From contig OMTX01000138.1 of assembly GCA_900314085.1 (NCBI GenBank), forward strand, positions 340-64,339: DNA of 64,000 nt. Direction: 5' to 3'. Below the pieces are notes generated by a model that worked only from the letters and a program-made list of their open reading frames with translations, made no database searches and was not told where the DNA came from. Each line of letters opens with the position of its first letter. Within the stretch, counting starts at the first letter, position 1. A program made the translations under genes and the position numbers. The DNA comes from an uncultured Lachnospiraceae bacterium. GTDB taxonomy: Bacteria; Bacillota; Clostridia; Lachnospirales; Lachnospiraceae. This document shows positions 17,724-27,430 of this stretch, one piece after another.

Positions 17724-19349
17724 TCAGGCAATCCCTTCCCAGAAGGATTTTTCGATGGTCCGGTAGCAGATGGCTTCATTCAGATGATCCCGCCTGATGC
17801 TTTCGCTTCCGTCCATGTCCGCTATCGTCCGCGCCGTACGCAGGATCCTATGGTATGCCCGCGTCGAGAGGCCAAGCCTTACAAAGCACTGCCTCATGAA
17901 GTCCGTGTCATCGGGCGAAAGCCCGCAGTACCTGTCCATCAGCGTCGATGGAATACGGGAATTGAAGGAAAAGTCTTCCTTCCTGTAACGATCCGCCTGT
18001 ATGGCATGAACCTTCTCCACCCTCTTCCGGATTTTCGCAGAGCTTTCTTCCCTTCCATCAAAGGCGCTCTCTTCAAAGGTCAGCGGCTTTACCTCTACCG
18101 AGATGTCTATCCTGTCCAGGAGGGGGCGGGAAAGCTTCCCGATATAGGACTCGATCTGGGCGCTTGTACAGTGGCACCGCTTCCTGTCCGGATAATAGCC
18201 GCAGGGGCAGGGATTCATGGCGCAGACGAGCATGAAGTCGGCCGGATAGACATTCCTTTCCCCCGCAGAACCGTATGTCTTGATAGAGCCCTCTTCCAGA
18301 GGCTGCCGCAGGACTTCAAGTGTTCCGGTCTTAAACTCCGTAAGCTCATCGAGAAAGAGGACTCCCCGGTGGGCGAGGGACATCTCCCCCGGTTCTCTCT
18401 GTCCCGTCATCGTACTCTGGGAAATCGTGTGGTGGGGAGCCCGGAAGGGACGGGTGTTTAAGGCAGCCGCCCGCTCCTCAAAGAGACCGGCCAGGGAATA
18501 GAGCTCTGCAATTTCCACCATCTCTTCATAGGTAACCGGTGGCAGAATGGAGGGGATAGCCTTGGCTGCCAGCGTCTTTCCGGCCCCGGGCGGTCCCGTC
18601 ATCAGGAGATTGTGCATGCCGGAAACGGCAATTTCACAGGCTCTCTTCAGCATAGTCTGCCCGTGGATGTCGGCAAAGTCAACGGGGTAGACGGTCTCTA
18701 CAGGCGCTTCTGCTGCCCGGCCTTCAGTAACTTTCAGGTTTCCACTGAATTCCGACGCAGAATTTGCAGCAGACAATACCACCCTGTCCTCATCTGAAGC
18801 TTCTTCCTTCTCAGCGCCTTCCCAGGGCAGGCTGCCTCCCAGTCCCCCGGTCAGAAAATCGATGGCTTCAGGAAGCTTCTCAACAGGCACGATACGGGCT
18901 CCCTGCAGCAGGGAAGCCTCAACAGAATCAACGGCAGGCACAAGAAAGACCTCCGTCCCCTCTTCCGCCGCCCTCCTGATCTGGGGCAATAGCCCCGGGA
19001 CATGGCGGACGCTGCCGTCCAGCCCCAGTTCGCCTGCAACAAAGGTCTTTCGTCCCGGCACCGGAATCGTCCCCTCCGCCATCAGAAGGGACAGGGCGAT
19101 GGCCAAGTCAAATGCAGTTCCCGACTTCTTCTCCGAAGCCGGTGCCAGGTTTACGGTAATGCGCTTGACGGGAAGGCTGTAGCCCGAATTGACGAGGGCT
19201 GCCCTCACCCGCTCCTTTGCCTCGCGAAGCTCTGCCGAGACATATCCCACGAGCTCAAATCCGGGAAGCCCGGATGAAATGTCAGTCTCTACCCGGACGG
19301 GAATCGTCTTCATCCCCCGGGACAGGCCTGCATACAGGCATGAATACAT
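17724..19349 (-). CDS. comM: YifB/ComM-family Mg-chelatase-like AAA+ ATPase
   Basis: Lon-like N-domain, Walker A GPPGAGKT, Walker B VLFLDEL, ChlI-type C-terminus. Start placed at ATG 19349 (GAGGAG SD); the longest ORF starts at 19397. Confidence 0.85.
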   Translation of the reverse strand: MYSCLYAGLSRGMKTIPVRVETDISSGLPGFELVGYVSAELREAKERVRAALVNSGYSLPVKRITVNLAPASEKKSGTAFDLAIALSLLMAEGTIPVPGRKTFVAGELGLDGSVRHVPGLLPQIRRAAEEGTEVFLVPAVDSVEASLLQGARIVPVEKLPEAIDFLTGGLGGSLPWEGAEKEEASDEDRVVLSAANSASEFSGNLKVTEGRAAEAPVETVYPVDFADIHGQTMLKRACEIAVSGMHNLLMTGPPGAGKTLAAKAIPSILPPVTYEEMVEIAELYSLAGLFEERAAALNTRPFRAPHHTISQSTMTGQREPGEMSLAHRGVLFLDELTEFKTGTLEVLRQPLEEGSIKTYGSAGERNVYPADFMLVCAMNPCPCGYYPDRKRCHCTSAQIESYIGKLSRPLLDRIDISVEVKPLTFEESAFDGREESSAKIRKRVEKVHAIQADRYRKEDFSFNSRIPSTLMDRYCGLSPDDTDFMRQCFVRLGLSTRAYHRILRTARTIADMDGSESIRRDHLNEAICYRTIEKSFWEGIA

Positions 19350-19544
19350 ACTATTTCTCCTCTCAGACACGCAGGCTTTGGAATGGTGCAGAGACATCGG
19401 GACCCTGTTTCAGGGTGCAAAAATCAAAGCCCGCTGATCAATTCAGAGGAGACAGATGAAAAAAGGTGTTTCGATGAAGCGATGCTCCATCGGCGAAAGC
19501 AGGAAGGCTTCCGCAGAAAGAAATGTTCGCTTGAATATTAATAT

Positions 19545-19590
19545 AAAAAAGTCCTCCGTGCAAGAGAAATTTCAACCCTTGCGGAGGACT
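19545..19590 (-). terminator. Terminator hairpin overlapping the 3' end of the 178-aa gene (bidirectional-looking)
   Basis: Minus strand reads agtcctccgcaag-loop-cttgcacggaggact followed by tttttt. A U-run is also present on the plus side. Confidence 0.55.
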
Positions 19591-20108
19591 TCTTTTTTTA
19601 TGTAGGCAAAGGTCTCGTCTTCGCCTTTTTCAGCCAGCATGGTGAGAAGCTGTGTCAGCAATCTTTCCGTCTCCGGATGCATGAGGTAGTGAGCCTTGCC
19701 CTTTTCGAAATATTCCAGAGGGCTCCGGTCCGTATACTTTTCCTTCTGGTAGGTCTTGCAGGCGGCAATCCGGTCCATAACCATCTCGACCACGTATTTC
19801 ACGGGCATCTTCATGCCGCAGATTCGGTGGTCACCGTCAAGAGAATAGTCAATCCAGTACTCGAAATGGTGCTTGTTTCTGCCCTTGTGGTGGAGCCAGG
19901 CCGTCGAAACGCCGGTGGCTTCCCGCTCCGCATTGTTGGGACTGCGGTCTCCCTGAAAGTACTTCGCCCCGACATGAAACTCCGTCCACGAATACTTCGA
20001 CAGGTCATGGGTGACTCCCTGCCAATAGAGACCGACGCGGAAGCAGTACTTCCGCACCAGGCGCCGGTGGTGGGTAATCGTTTTGAAGTGTTCCCATGCC
20101 TTGTTCAT
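19572..20108 (-). CDS. Conserved hypothetical protein (DUF5662-like, HD-type motif HDLSK)
   Basis: 178 aa. MNKAWEHFKTITHHRRLVRKYCFRVGLYWQGVTHDLSKYSWTEF. Family name is from memory only. Its ATG overlaps the upstream stop (ATGA at 20105-20108). Confidence 0.5.
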   Translation of the reverse strand: MNKAWEHFKTITHHRRLVRKYCFRVGLYWQGVTHDLSKYSWTEFHVGAKYFQGDRSPNNAEREATGVSTAWLHHKGRNKHHFEYWIDYSLDGDHRICGMKMPVKYVVEMVMDRIAACKTYQKEKYTDRSPLEYFEKGKAHYLMHPETERLLTQLLTMLAEKGEDETFAYIKKEVLRKG

Positions 20109-22033
20109 GAAGCAGGCACGGCTTTCTCAGCGAAAGACTTTTCAGGCACTGCTTTTGCGCTGCCCGGCTGATTCACTTTGCCTTTTTTTTCGCTGCCTTC
20201 CGCCTTCCCGATCAGAACCGTGCAGGTGCCGCCTGGCACAATGGCAGCCTTCTGGTCATGAAGCAGGTCCCCGGCCGCATTCCAGGCGAAGTCTCCCGTA
20301 TTGTTCACGAAATACCACTTCTTTCCACCGGGAAGCGTGGGCAGGGCAAATGTCTCCTCCCCGTAGTAGAAGTTGTAGAGGAGCATCACGTCCTCCATCT
20401 CCTCGCGCCGCCCGTAGGCGCCGGCAAAGAGGATGCCCAGAGCCTTCTTCTCGTTTCCGATGCCCATGATCCAGGGCTCGCGGCCGTGGTAAGAAAGGTC
20501 GGGAAGGCCAGCATGCAGGTAGTCTGAAAAGCGGACCGGATCCTTTCCGGACAAACAGGTATGGCTCTTTCGGAAGGCGATGAGGGCCGCGAGATAGTCC
20601 CGCATGTCCTTGTTGACCTTCTTTCGGCCGAAGTCCGGCCAGCCGATTTCATTATCCTGGCAGTAGGGATTGTTGTTGCCCGCCTGGCTGTTCAGGCTGC
20701 CGTCGCCGGCATTCACCATGGGGATGCCCTGGGATGTGAGAACGGCAAGCAGGGCTGTCCTCACTGACGTGAGGCGCAGGCGGTTCGTTACCCTGTTCTT
20801 CGTCTCCCCCTCATAGCCATTGTTCGCGGAGACATTGTAATTGTTTCCGTCGCGGTTGTTCTCCCCGTTCGGCTCATTGTGCTTGTCCCCGTAGGAATAG
20901 GCGTCGTAGAGCGTCATACCGGTGGAATCCGCCGCATAATTCAAGTACCCGTACGACCGGTTCTGCCGCCGCAGCATCTCTGAAAACTCGGCGGCATTCC
21001 CGTCCATATGGTTCTGCAGGCGCCGCAGGGGATACTGGAAGCCGTCGTCCGTGACGAAGAGGTGCTTCGTTCCCTGCTCCCGGTTTAAAAGTTCATAGGA
21101 AAACCCGTTGTAAAAAATCTTCGTTCCGGAAAGGTAGGGATTGTCCGCAATCCTCTCCGCAGGAAGCCCGGCACCGAGCAGGCGGAAACCGTCGATATGA
21201 TATTCCTTCACCCAGTAGACGAGGGCATCGATGAGCTCGTCGTCAGGGATCTTTTTTTCAAAAGAAAATTCCAGAATAATTTCAATCCCGAGTCCGTGAG
21301 CTGCGTCCACGACTTCCTTCATATGAAGGTCCGGCTCCGCCCCGAAATACGAGGCCTTGGGCGCAAAATAATAGCCGGTCCCGTAGCCCCAGTAGTTTAC
21401 CGCATAGGGCTCCTCGTTGACCGTCACGGTCTCTCCCTTTTCATCCATCTCCAGATGGCTCCGGAAATAGAGATCTTCAAACTCATAGACCGGCATGAGT
21501 TCAATCGCATTGAAGCCGTATGCCGCAATTGCAGGCAGTTTTTCCAGAAGTCCCCGGTAATTTCCCCGTGACCGGGACTTCACTCCGGGTGCTTTCATGG
21601 TAAAGCCACGGAGATGGAGCTTATAGAGAATCATGTCTTCCGGAGCAATGGACGGAGCGGCATTCTTCCAGGAATAGCCGGCTACGGCAAATCCCCCGGC
21701 AATCCGGTAATTGCTGATATAGCGGTCCTCATCGGCCCACTTTTCCCGGCCGGTAATGACACAGGCGTAGCGGTCCACTTCCGAATGGCCGTCGCGTTCG
21801 ATGAGGTAGGAAAGTTTTTTGAAGTCATATCCAGAAAGGGTGACCGACCAGACATGCCCCAGCCGCATGGCAGGGGTAAGTTCGATTCGCTCGGAAAGGC
21901 TCCCGTCCGCCCTGTCAAAAAGAAGAATGGCGGGAACGAGATCTGTCTGAACAGGGAAGGTAAAGGTGCAGCTGTCAGCGTAACAATAAGTCCCGAACTG
22001 GGAAAAATCGCCGGTTCTGACTGTCTTTTTCAT
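20105..22033 (-). CDS. GlgX/isoamylase-like GH13 protein with substituted catalytic residues (probable pseudoenzyme)
   Basis: The C-terminal half aligns by eye to E. coli GlgX (HNEPNGENNRDGNNYN..., LTSQGIPMVNAGDGSLNSQAGNNNPYCQDNEIGW). The N-terminus is CBM48-like. Start placed at ATG 22033 (GAAGGAG 8 nt upstream). Confidence 0.8.
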   Translation of the reverse strand: MKKTVRTGDFSQFGTYCYADSCTFTFPVQTDLVPAILLFDRADGSLSERIELTPAMRLGHVWSVTLSGYDFKKLSYLIERDGHSEVDRYACVITGREKWADEDRYISNYRIAGGFAVAGYSWKNAAPSIAPEDMILYKLHLRGFTMKAPGVKSRSRGNYRGLLEKLPAIAAYGFNAIELMPVYEFEDLYFRSHLEMDEKGETVTVNEEPYAVNYWGYGTGYYFAPKASYFGAEPDLHMKEVVDAAHGLGIEIILEFSFEKKIPDDELIDALVYWVKEYHIDGFRLLGAGLPAERIADNPYLSGTKIFYNGFSYELLNREQGTKHLFVTDDGFQYPLRRLQNHMDGNAAEFSEMLRRQNRSYGYLNYAADSTGMTLYDAYSYGDKHNEPNGENNRDGNNYNVSANNGYEGETKNRVTNRLRLTSVRTALLAVLTSQGIPMVNAGDGSLNSQAGNNNPYCQDNEIGWPDFGRKKVNKDMRDYLAALIAFRKSHTCLSGKDPVRFSDYLHAGLPDLSYHGREPWIMGIGNEKKALGILFAGAYGRREEMEDVMLLYNFYYGEETFALPTLPGGKKWYFVNNTGDFAWNAAGDLLHDQKAAIVPGGTCTVLIGKAEGSEKKGKVNQPGSAKAVPEKSFAEKAVPAS

Positions 22034-22147
22034 CTGCTGCACTCCTTCTTCGGGTCCAAAATCACAAGTCCATTTAGTATACCATTTTTATTCTCCTATT
22101 ACTAATTTTTATTGCAAACGGTTTTTCCCCCATATATAATCAAAGCT

Positions 22148-22498
22148 ATGAGCGAGAAAAAGAAAAATCAAACTGAAGCCCCTGTAAATGCATCCGGTGA
22201 CATCTTCCCAATCGACTCGAACGACACCGATGTCATGGTGACGCTGGACCTCGACGACGGAACGACGATGGACTGCGAAATTCTGACCATCTTCGATATC
22301 GGGGAGCAGAACTACATCGTCCTCCTGCCGGTGGATGAAAACGACATCCCCTACGACTACACGTCCGTCGTCATCTACCGCTATTTCGAGGACGAAAACG
22401 GTTCCCCCTATCTCGACAATATCCAGTCGGACGAGGAGTACGCCGCTGTTGAAAAGCGCTTTTCGGAAATCCAGGATCAGCTCGAAGCCACAGAGTGA
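22148..22498 (+). CDS. DUF1292-family small acidic protein
   Basis: Contains ILTIFDIGEQNYIVLLPVDEND...VVIYRYFEDENG...SDEEYAAVEKRF. ATG at 22148 is preferred over the TTG at 22112. Confidence 0.7.
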   Translation: MSEKKKNQTEAPVNASGDIFPIDSNDTDVMVTLDLDDGTTMDCEILTIFDIGEQNYIVLLPVDENDIPYDYTSVVIYRYFEDENGSPYLDNIQSDEEYAAVEKRFSEIQDQLEATE

Positions 22499-22528
22499 TT
22501 CGGCGACTCCCGCTGCTCTTCCGCTATT

Positions 22529-24376
22529 TCATGCCTGCGCTGTCTTTTCGGAGAAGCCTTTCATTTCATAGAGAAACCTCGAAGGGGAAAGGGCATCCTT
22601 TCCTCTTTTTTTGATGCAGGAAAAGACCAGTTTTTCCTTGGCGCGCGTCATGGCGACATAGAAGGCCCGCCTCTCTTCCTCCACCTCTTCCGTGGTCACT
22701 GCCTTCTTTGAGGGCACGATGGTTTCGTTTACCGAAAGCAGGATGACCTCGCTGAACTCCAGTCCTTTCGATCCGTGATAGGTGTAGAGAAATACATGAT
22801 TTTCCCCCGTCTCATCCTTTTCTGTCACATCAAGGGCCTTCTCCTTTTTTCCCTGCATATAGGATAATAGCTGGTCCGGCCGCCGGAAGGCCTTTGCCTC
22901 TTCAAAGAGATGCGCAAACTCTGCTTCCGCCAGGGATCCCTTTTCCGGGCTCTGCTGCTTCAGGTCGGACAGCACCTGCTCATAGCCGCAGGCTTTTTTG
23001 ATATAGAGAAGGCATGTCCCGAGCGCCATCCGCCGCAGGGCATAGATCAGATTGACAAAGGCCTGCACCCTTTGCTTTGCTGCCGGATCCCCGTCAAAGG
23101 CAGCAATCCATTTCTGAAAGTCCACATTTTCATCGTCGAGCCCGTAGCGGGGAATCCGCCGGTCGGGAAGGTTCATAACCCGGAGCACATCCGCCCGGCG
23201 GCTGCCCCCGGAGGCCAGAGAAAGCCAGGCACAGACATCATCCCAAAAGACCGGAAGGGCATTTCCCTTCTTCTTTGTTCCCCCGTAATAGGGAATACCG
23301 GCGGCATCAAGTGTCTCCATCAGGAAGGCTGCATCTGCCCGGTGGCGGGAAAGTACGGCCAGTGTCCGGCCGTCTTTGAAGTCGAAATCCCTGATGTAAT
23401 TCAGGATGAAGGAACACTCCTCCTTCTCCCCCGCGTGCAGGGACATCGTAATCTCTCCCGGCCGTCCGGTCTTTGAAAGGGGCGTCTTTTCAAAGCGCTC
23501 TTTATTATTCATGATGAGGGTGCCGGAAGCTGCCACGATGCGTCCGGCGCAGCGGTAATTGTTTGAAAGACGGATGACCTGACAGTCGGGATAGTCCCTG
23601 CCGAAATTCAGAAGAAAGCCCGCGGAGGCCCCACGGAAGCCGTAGATGGACTGGTCGTCGTCCCCCACGAGAAAGAGGTTACTGCTCTCGGCGGAAAGCA
23701 GCTTCATGCAGTCATACTGCAGCGCATTCATGTCCTGGGCCTCGTCAACGAGGAAATAACGGAAGCGCTTCCGGAGAGACGCGATGAGGTCCGGATCCGT
23801 CTCGAAGGCTTCCTTCGCCAGGGATAGCATGTCGTCGAAGTCGAGCATGTGATAATCCCTCTTGCGCTTTCCATAGAGGGAATAGAGCCTTTCAAACTCC
23901 TGCCCGGTGAGTCCCGAGCGGATCCGCTTCAGGGAGGCATTCCCCGCGGCGGAAATGTCTCCTTCGAGAAGATCAAAGGTTTCGGGATTCGCATCGGAAA
24001 GAAGGGAAAGGGAGGCGGCACACTCCCGGATGAAGAGGTTTTTGTTTTTCCCGGTAAGCAGGGTAAAGTCCTTGAAGGAGGACCGGTTCCGAAGGATGGC
24101 ATAGAAAATGCTGTGAAAAGTGCCGAAGGTCACCGGCGGTCGCTCGACAGAACCGCTATCCATCATGAGTTTGTAGAAGCGGTCTCTCATTTCAAGAGCC
24201 GATGCTCTTGTAAAGGTAATCACCATCAGGCTTTCCGCCGGAATCCCGTACTTCGTAATCATGATATGAATCCGGTTTACGAGCACCGTCGTCTTGCCGG
24301 ATCCCGGTCCGGCCAGGACCAGGCAGGGCCCATCCTTCACATCAATGGCCTTCTGCTGCATTTCGTCTGCGTGCAT
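22529..24376 (-). CDS. UvrD/PcrA-family (SF1) ATP-dependent DNA helicase, short form
   Basis: GPGSGKTT (Walker A), DEAQD, VGDDDQSIYGFRGA, YVAMTRAKEKL. Start placed at ATG 24376 (AAAGGAG 8 nt upstream). Confidence 0.85.
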   Translation of the reverse strand: MHADEMQQKAIDVKDGPCLVLAGPGSGKTTVLVNRIHIMITKYGIPAESLMVITFTRASALEMRDRFYKLMMDSGSVERPPVTFGTFHSIFYAILRNRSSFKDFTLLTGKNKNLFIRECAASLSLLSDANPETFDLLEGDISAAGNASLKRIRSGLTGQEFERLYSLYGKRKRDYHMLDFDDMLSLAKEAFETDPDLIASLRKRFRYFLVDEAQDMNALQYDCMKLLSAESSNLFLVGDDDQSIYGFRGASAGFLLNFGRDYPDCQVIRLSNNYRCAGRIVAASGTLIMNNKERFEKTPLSKTGRPGEITMSLHAGEKEECSFILNYIRDFDFKDGRTLAVLSRHRADAAFLMETLDAAGIPYYGGTKKKGNALPVFWDDVCAWLSLASGGSRRADVLRVMNLPDRRIPRYGLDDENVDFQKWIAAFDGDPAAKQRVQAFVNLIYALRRMALGTCLLYIKKACGYEQVLSDLKQQSPEKGSLAEAEFAHLFEEAKAFRRPDQLLSYMQGKKEKALDVTEKDETGENHVFLYTYHGSKGLEFSEVILLSVNETIVPSKKAVTTEEVEEERRAFYVAMTRAKEKLVFSCIKKRGKDALSPSRFLYEMKGFSEKTAQA

Positions 24377-24528
24377 AGACATTTCTCCTTTCAAACATAT
24401 AGAAAAAACACCACACACTCTCCGCAAATTTTCTGCGTTGAGCGTATGGTGTTTTTACCGAAGCATATTTCTCTTCAGCCGTCAGCAGCGGATTTGCGTG
24501 AAATCCGGAGTGAAGCCAAATGATTCAT

Positions 24529-25986
24529 TCAAACGGCACCCTCGAGCTTTTCGATGGCGGCGCGGATCCGGGCAAGGGACTCGTCCTTGCCGAGGAGCTC
24601 CATCAGTTCCGTTGCCCCGCCCGGCGTTGTAGGCTTGCCGGAAAGGGCGGTCCGGATGGGCCAAAAGACGAAGCCGTTCTTATAGCCCTTTTCCGATGCA
24701 AATTCTCCGCAGGCAGCAAAGAGGGCGTCGTTGGAATAGTCGTCCTGCTTTTCGAGAACCGGAAGGATTTCCTTCAGAAGCGTAAGGGAATTCTCCGGAT
24801 TCGTCTTCATCTTCTTGTGCGTATATAGGTCGATGGAATAGTCCGGTACAGCATCGATGAAATCAAAGAGCTCTGTCACATCCGGGAAGATTTCGATCCG
24901 GGACTGGGACATTTCTGCAAGCTTCCGATAGTCGACATCCCGCTTGACCGCATCCTTGAGATAGGGAAGAACCATCTCATAATACTTGTCGGGATCAAGC
25001 TTCTTCACATATTCCCCGTTCATCCACTTGAGCTTTACGGTATCGAAAACCGCCGGGGACTTGCTGATCCTGGTATAGTCAAAGGCCTTAATGAGTTCGT
25101 CAAGGGACATGACCTCATTGTCATCCTCCGGGCTCCAGCCAAGCAGGGCGACAAAGTTTACGACCGCCTCCGTCAGATACCCCTGCTCGATCAGGTCTTC
25201 AAAGGAAGAGTGGCCGCTGCGCTTTGAAAGCTTCTGGTGGTCCTCATTTGTGATCAGGGGGCAGTGGATATATTTCGGCACTTCCCAGCCGAAGGCCTCG
25301 TAGAGGCGGTTGTACTTGGGCGAGGAAGAAAGATACTCGTTTCCGCGGACAACATGGGTGATGCCCATGAGGTGATCGTCCACGACATTGGCGAAATTGT
25401 AGGTGGGGAAGCCGTCGGACTTGATCAGGATCATGTCGTCAAGCTCGGCGTTGTCCACCGTAATGTCCCCGTAGATTTCGTCGTGGAAGGTCGTCGTTCC
25501 CGTCCGGGGATTGTTCTGGCGGATGACATAGGGCATGCCGGAATCCAGATTTTTCTGCACCTCTTCCGGCGTCAGGGACAGGCAATGCTTGTCGTAAATC
25601 GATATTTCTTTCCCGTTCACGGTCTGCTTCAGGCCTTCAAGGCGCTCCGGCGTACAGAAGCAATAGTAGGCCTCGCCCTTCGCAATCAGTTCCTTCGCGT
25701 ATTTGAGATAGAGACCGGCCTCCTGCCGCTCGCTCTGCACATAGGGGCCGAAGTCTCCGCCGATATCCGGGCCTTCGTCCCAGGTCAGTCCTGTCTCCTT
25801 CAGGGTCCGGTAGATGATGTCAACGGCCCCTTCCACCTCCCGCACCTGGTCCGTGTCCTCAATGCGGAGGATGAAGTCACCGCCGGCATGGCGGGTAATG
25901 AGGTAGGCATAGAGCGCCGTGCGCAGATTGCCGACGTGCATGCGGCCGGTAGGGCTGGGGGCGAAACGGGTACGTACTTTTGACAT
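24529..25986 (-). CDS. gltX: Glutamate--tRNA ligase
   Basis: 485 aa. HIGH-type HVGNLRTAL and KMSKS-type KLSKRSG. Confidence 0.95.
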   Translation of the reverse strand: MSKVRTRFAPSPTGRMHVGNLRTALYAYLITRHAGGDFILRIEDTDQVREVEGAVDIIYRTLKETGLTWDEGPDIGGDFGPYVQSERQEAGLYLKYAKELIAKGEAYYCFCTPERLEGLKQTVNGKEISIYDKHCLSLTPEEVQKNLDSGMPYVIRQNNPRTGTTTFHDEIYGDITVDNAELDDMILIKSDGFPTYNFANVVDDHLMGITHVVRGNEYLSSSPKYNRLYEAFGWEVPKYIHCPLITNEDHQKLSKRSGHSSFEDLIEQGYLTEAVVNFVALLGWSPEDDNEVMSLDELIKAFDYTRISKSPAVFDTVKLKWMNGEYVKKLDPDKYYEMVLPYLKDAVKRDVDYRKLAEMSQSRIEIFPDVTELFDFIDAVPDYSIDLYTHKKMKTNPENSLTLLKEILPVLEKQDDYSNDALFAACGEFASEKGYKNGFVFWPIRTALSGKPTTPGGATELMELLGKDESLARIRAAIEKLEGAV

Positions 25987-26190
25987 TATCGTAAACTTCC
26001 TTTCAGATCAGAATAATATATAACGCCTTCTTAAGTGCCGGAACGAATGCCGGGCGCAGAAAACAAAAGCCGGCAGCGCCCTAAAAAGCGCCGTGTGCTA
26101 ATATAACACTTTTGCATTTCTGAAACAACGGCGGAAAAAGGAACCGTCATACAGCGGAAACAGCGCCTGCAAAAATGCCATCGCTTCTTG

Positions 26191-27372
26191 TCACTTCCCG
26201 GCCAGCCCGCAGAGCCTGTCCACGGAGGTGATGATTTCCAGAATTTCCGGCACGTAGTAGTCGTGTTCCCGCATCAGACGGTTGATCTCATCCCGCTCGC
26301 TCTTCACGGATTCCGTGTCATCTGCAATCTCCTGCGTGACCTTCTCCCGGCGGGCCAGAAGCTCCTCCTTTACCTTTTCCATATCGGAGCCCTTCACCAG
26401 GGAAGCCGGCTGCGAAAGCCAGATCTTCCGGTCATAGAGATCGAGCGGGGCAAGGAGGCGCATGAGCTTGCCCGAAAAATATTCGAGATCTTCATTGTCC
26501 GCCATATACTGCTCCTGCTCGCGGACAGCGGCAAGGTAGGCCTCCCACTTGTAATTGAGCTCATAGGAGGAGCCGACTTCAAACCGCGTCTTTTCGGACT
26601 CGAGGGCCCGTGACACTGTCGCAAACTTCACGCGGACGGAGTTCAAAAGAGACGTCGTCTGGTTCATTTGCCGGATTCGGGCACGCCGCTCCTTCCGAAG
26701 CGCCGACTGGCGAAGGAAAATCAGAAGTCCCGTCACGCCGCCGGCCAGGAGAAAGACGAGCATATAGTTTGAAACATCAATATCCGTCTGCATCCGCACC
26801 GCCATGAGGATGAAGAAGAACAGGGCGAAAACCACGAGGGCAAAGATGGAAAAACGGCCGAGAAGCCGGTCCGCCTTCCGGTTTCCCTCGATCTCATACC
26901 GGGCCTCTCCCCGCTCCCCCTCCAGAGTCGCCATATCGCGGCGGATTTTTTCCTGATAGTTTTCATTATTCTGCATGCGGACGATTTCTTCCGGCATCGT
27001 GTCGTCGTACTGCTGCATCAGGGTGAAGACGGAATCCGTGACCTTCTTGTCCTTCTTCAGGTAATCGTTTCTGGACTTCGCCAGATCCGTCACCTTCCCC
27101 GCCGTCTCGGAAATCTCCTTCCGCTTGTCCGCAGGCAGGTTTTCAATCTTCTCAACGTCTGCGATATAGGAATTGATGACGCGCAGGGACTTCTTCTCTC
27201 CCTCGACTTCCTTTGTCAGCGTGATGATCTGCTCGCAGGAATCCAGAATATAATGCTCGATCTTCCGCGGATCATCCCAGTCATCAATGGCTCGTATTTC
27301 CTTGTAGACCTCTTCGAACTGCTCGTCTAATTCTTCACTTTTCTTTTTTTTCGCTTTTCCGAACAAATGCAT
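26191..27372 (-). CDS. Hypothetical 2-TM coiled-coil membrane protein (last gene of the four-gene operon)
   Basis: 393 aa. Long charged helical N- and C-terminal halves flank two hydrophobic helices (FSIFALVVFALFFFILMAV and YMLVFLLAGGVTGLLIFL). No recognisable catalytic motif. Confidence 0.6.
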   Translation of the reverse strand: MHLFGKAKKKKSEELDEQFEEVYKEIRAIDDWDDPRKIEHYILDSCEQIITLTKEVEGEKKSLRVINSYIADVEKIENLPADKRKEISETAGKVTDLAKSRNDYLKKDKKVTDSVFTLMQQYDDTMPEEIVRMQNNENYQEKIRRDMATLEGERGEARYEIEGNRKADRLLGRFSIFALVVFALFFFILMAVRMQTDIDVSNYMLVFLLAGGVTGLLIFLRQSALRKERRARIRQMNQTTSLLNSVRVKFATVSRALESEKTRFEVGSSYELNYKWEAYLAAVREQEQYMADNEDLEYFSGKLMRLLAPLDLYDRKIWLSQPASLVKGSDMEKVKEELLARREKVTQEIADDTESVKSERDEINRLMREHDYYVPEILEIITSVDRLCGLAGK

Positions 27373-27430
27373 TCCTCGAAATAAATTTATGAATTACCGC
27401 AGGGCTTCGCAATTTTTTGGCACTTGTAAT

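Noticed and set aside
19456-19605. 49-aa basic plus-strand ORF with a good GAGGAG SD between comM and the DUF5662-like gene
   Set aside because: It runs through a terminator hairpin and into the 3' end of the opposite-strand gene. Its composition is not coding-like. It is kept only as a remote possibility.
25987-26190. T-box leaders upstream of the aminoacyl-tRNA synthetase genes (gltX here; also argS at 42575-42644 and glnS at 47601-47798)
   Set aside because: No T-box sequence (AAnnnGGGTGGTACCGCG-like), specifier-loop architecture or terminator/antiterminator pair could be found in any of the three leaders.
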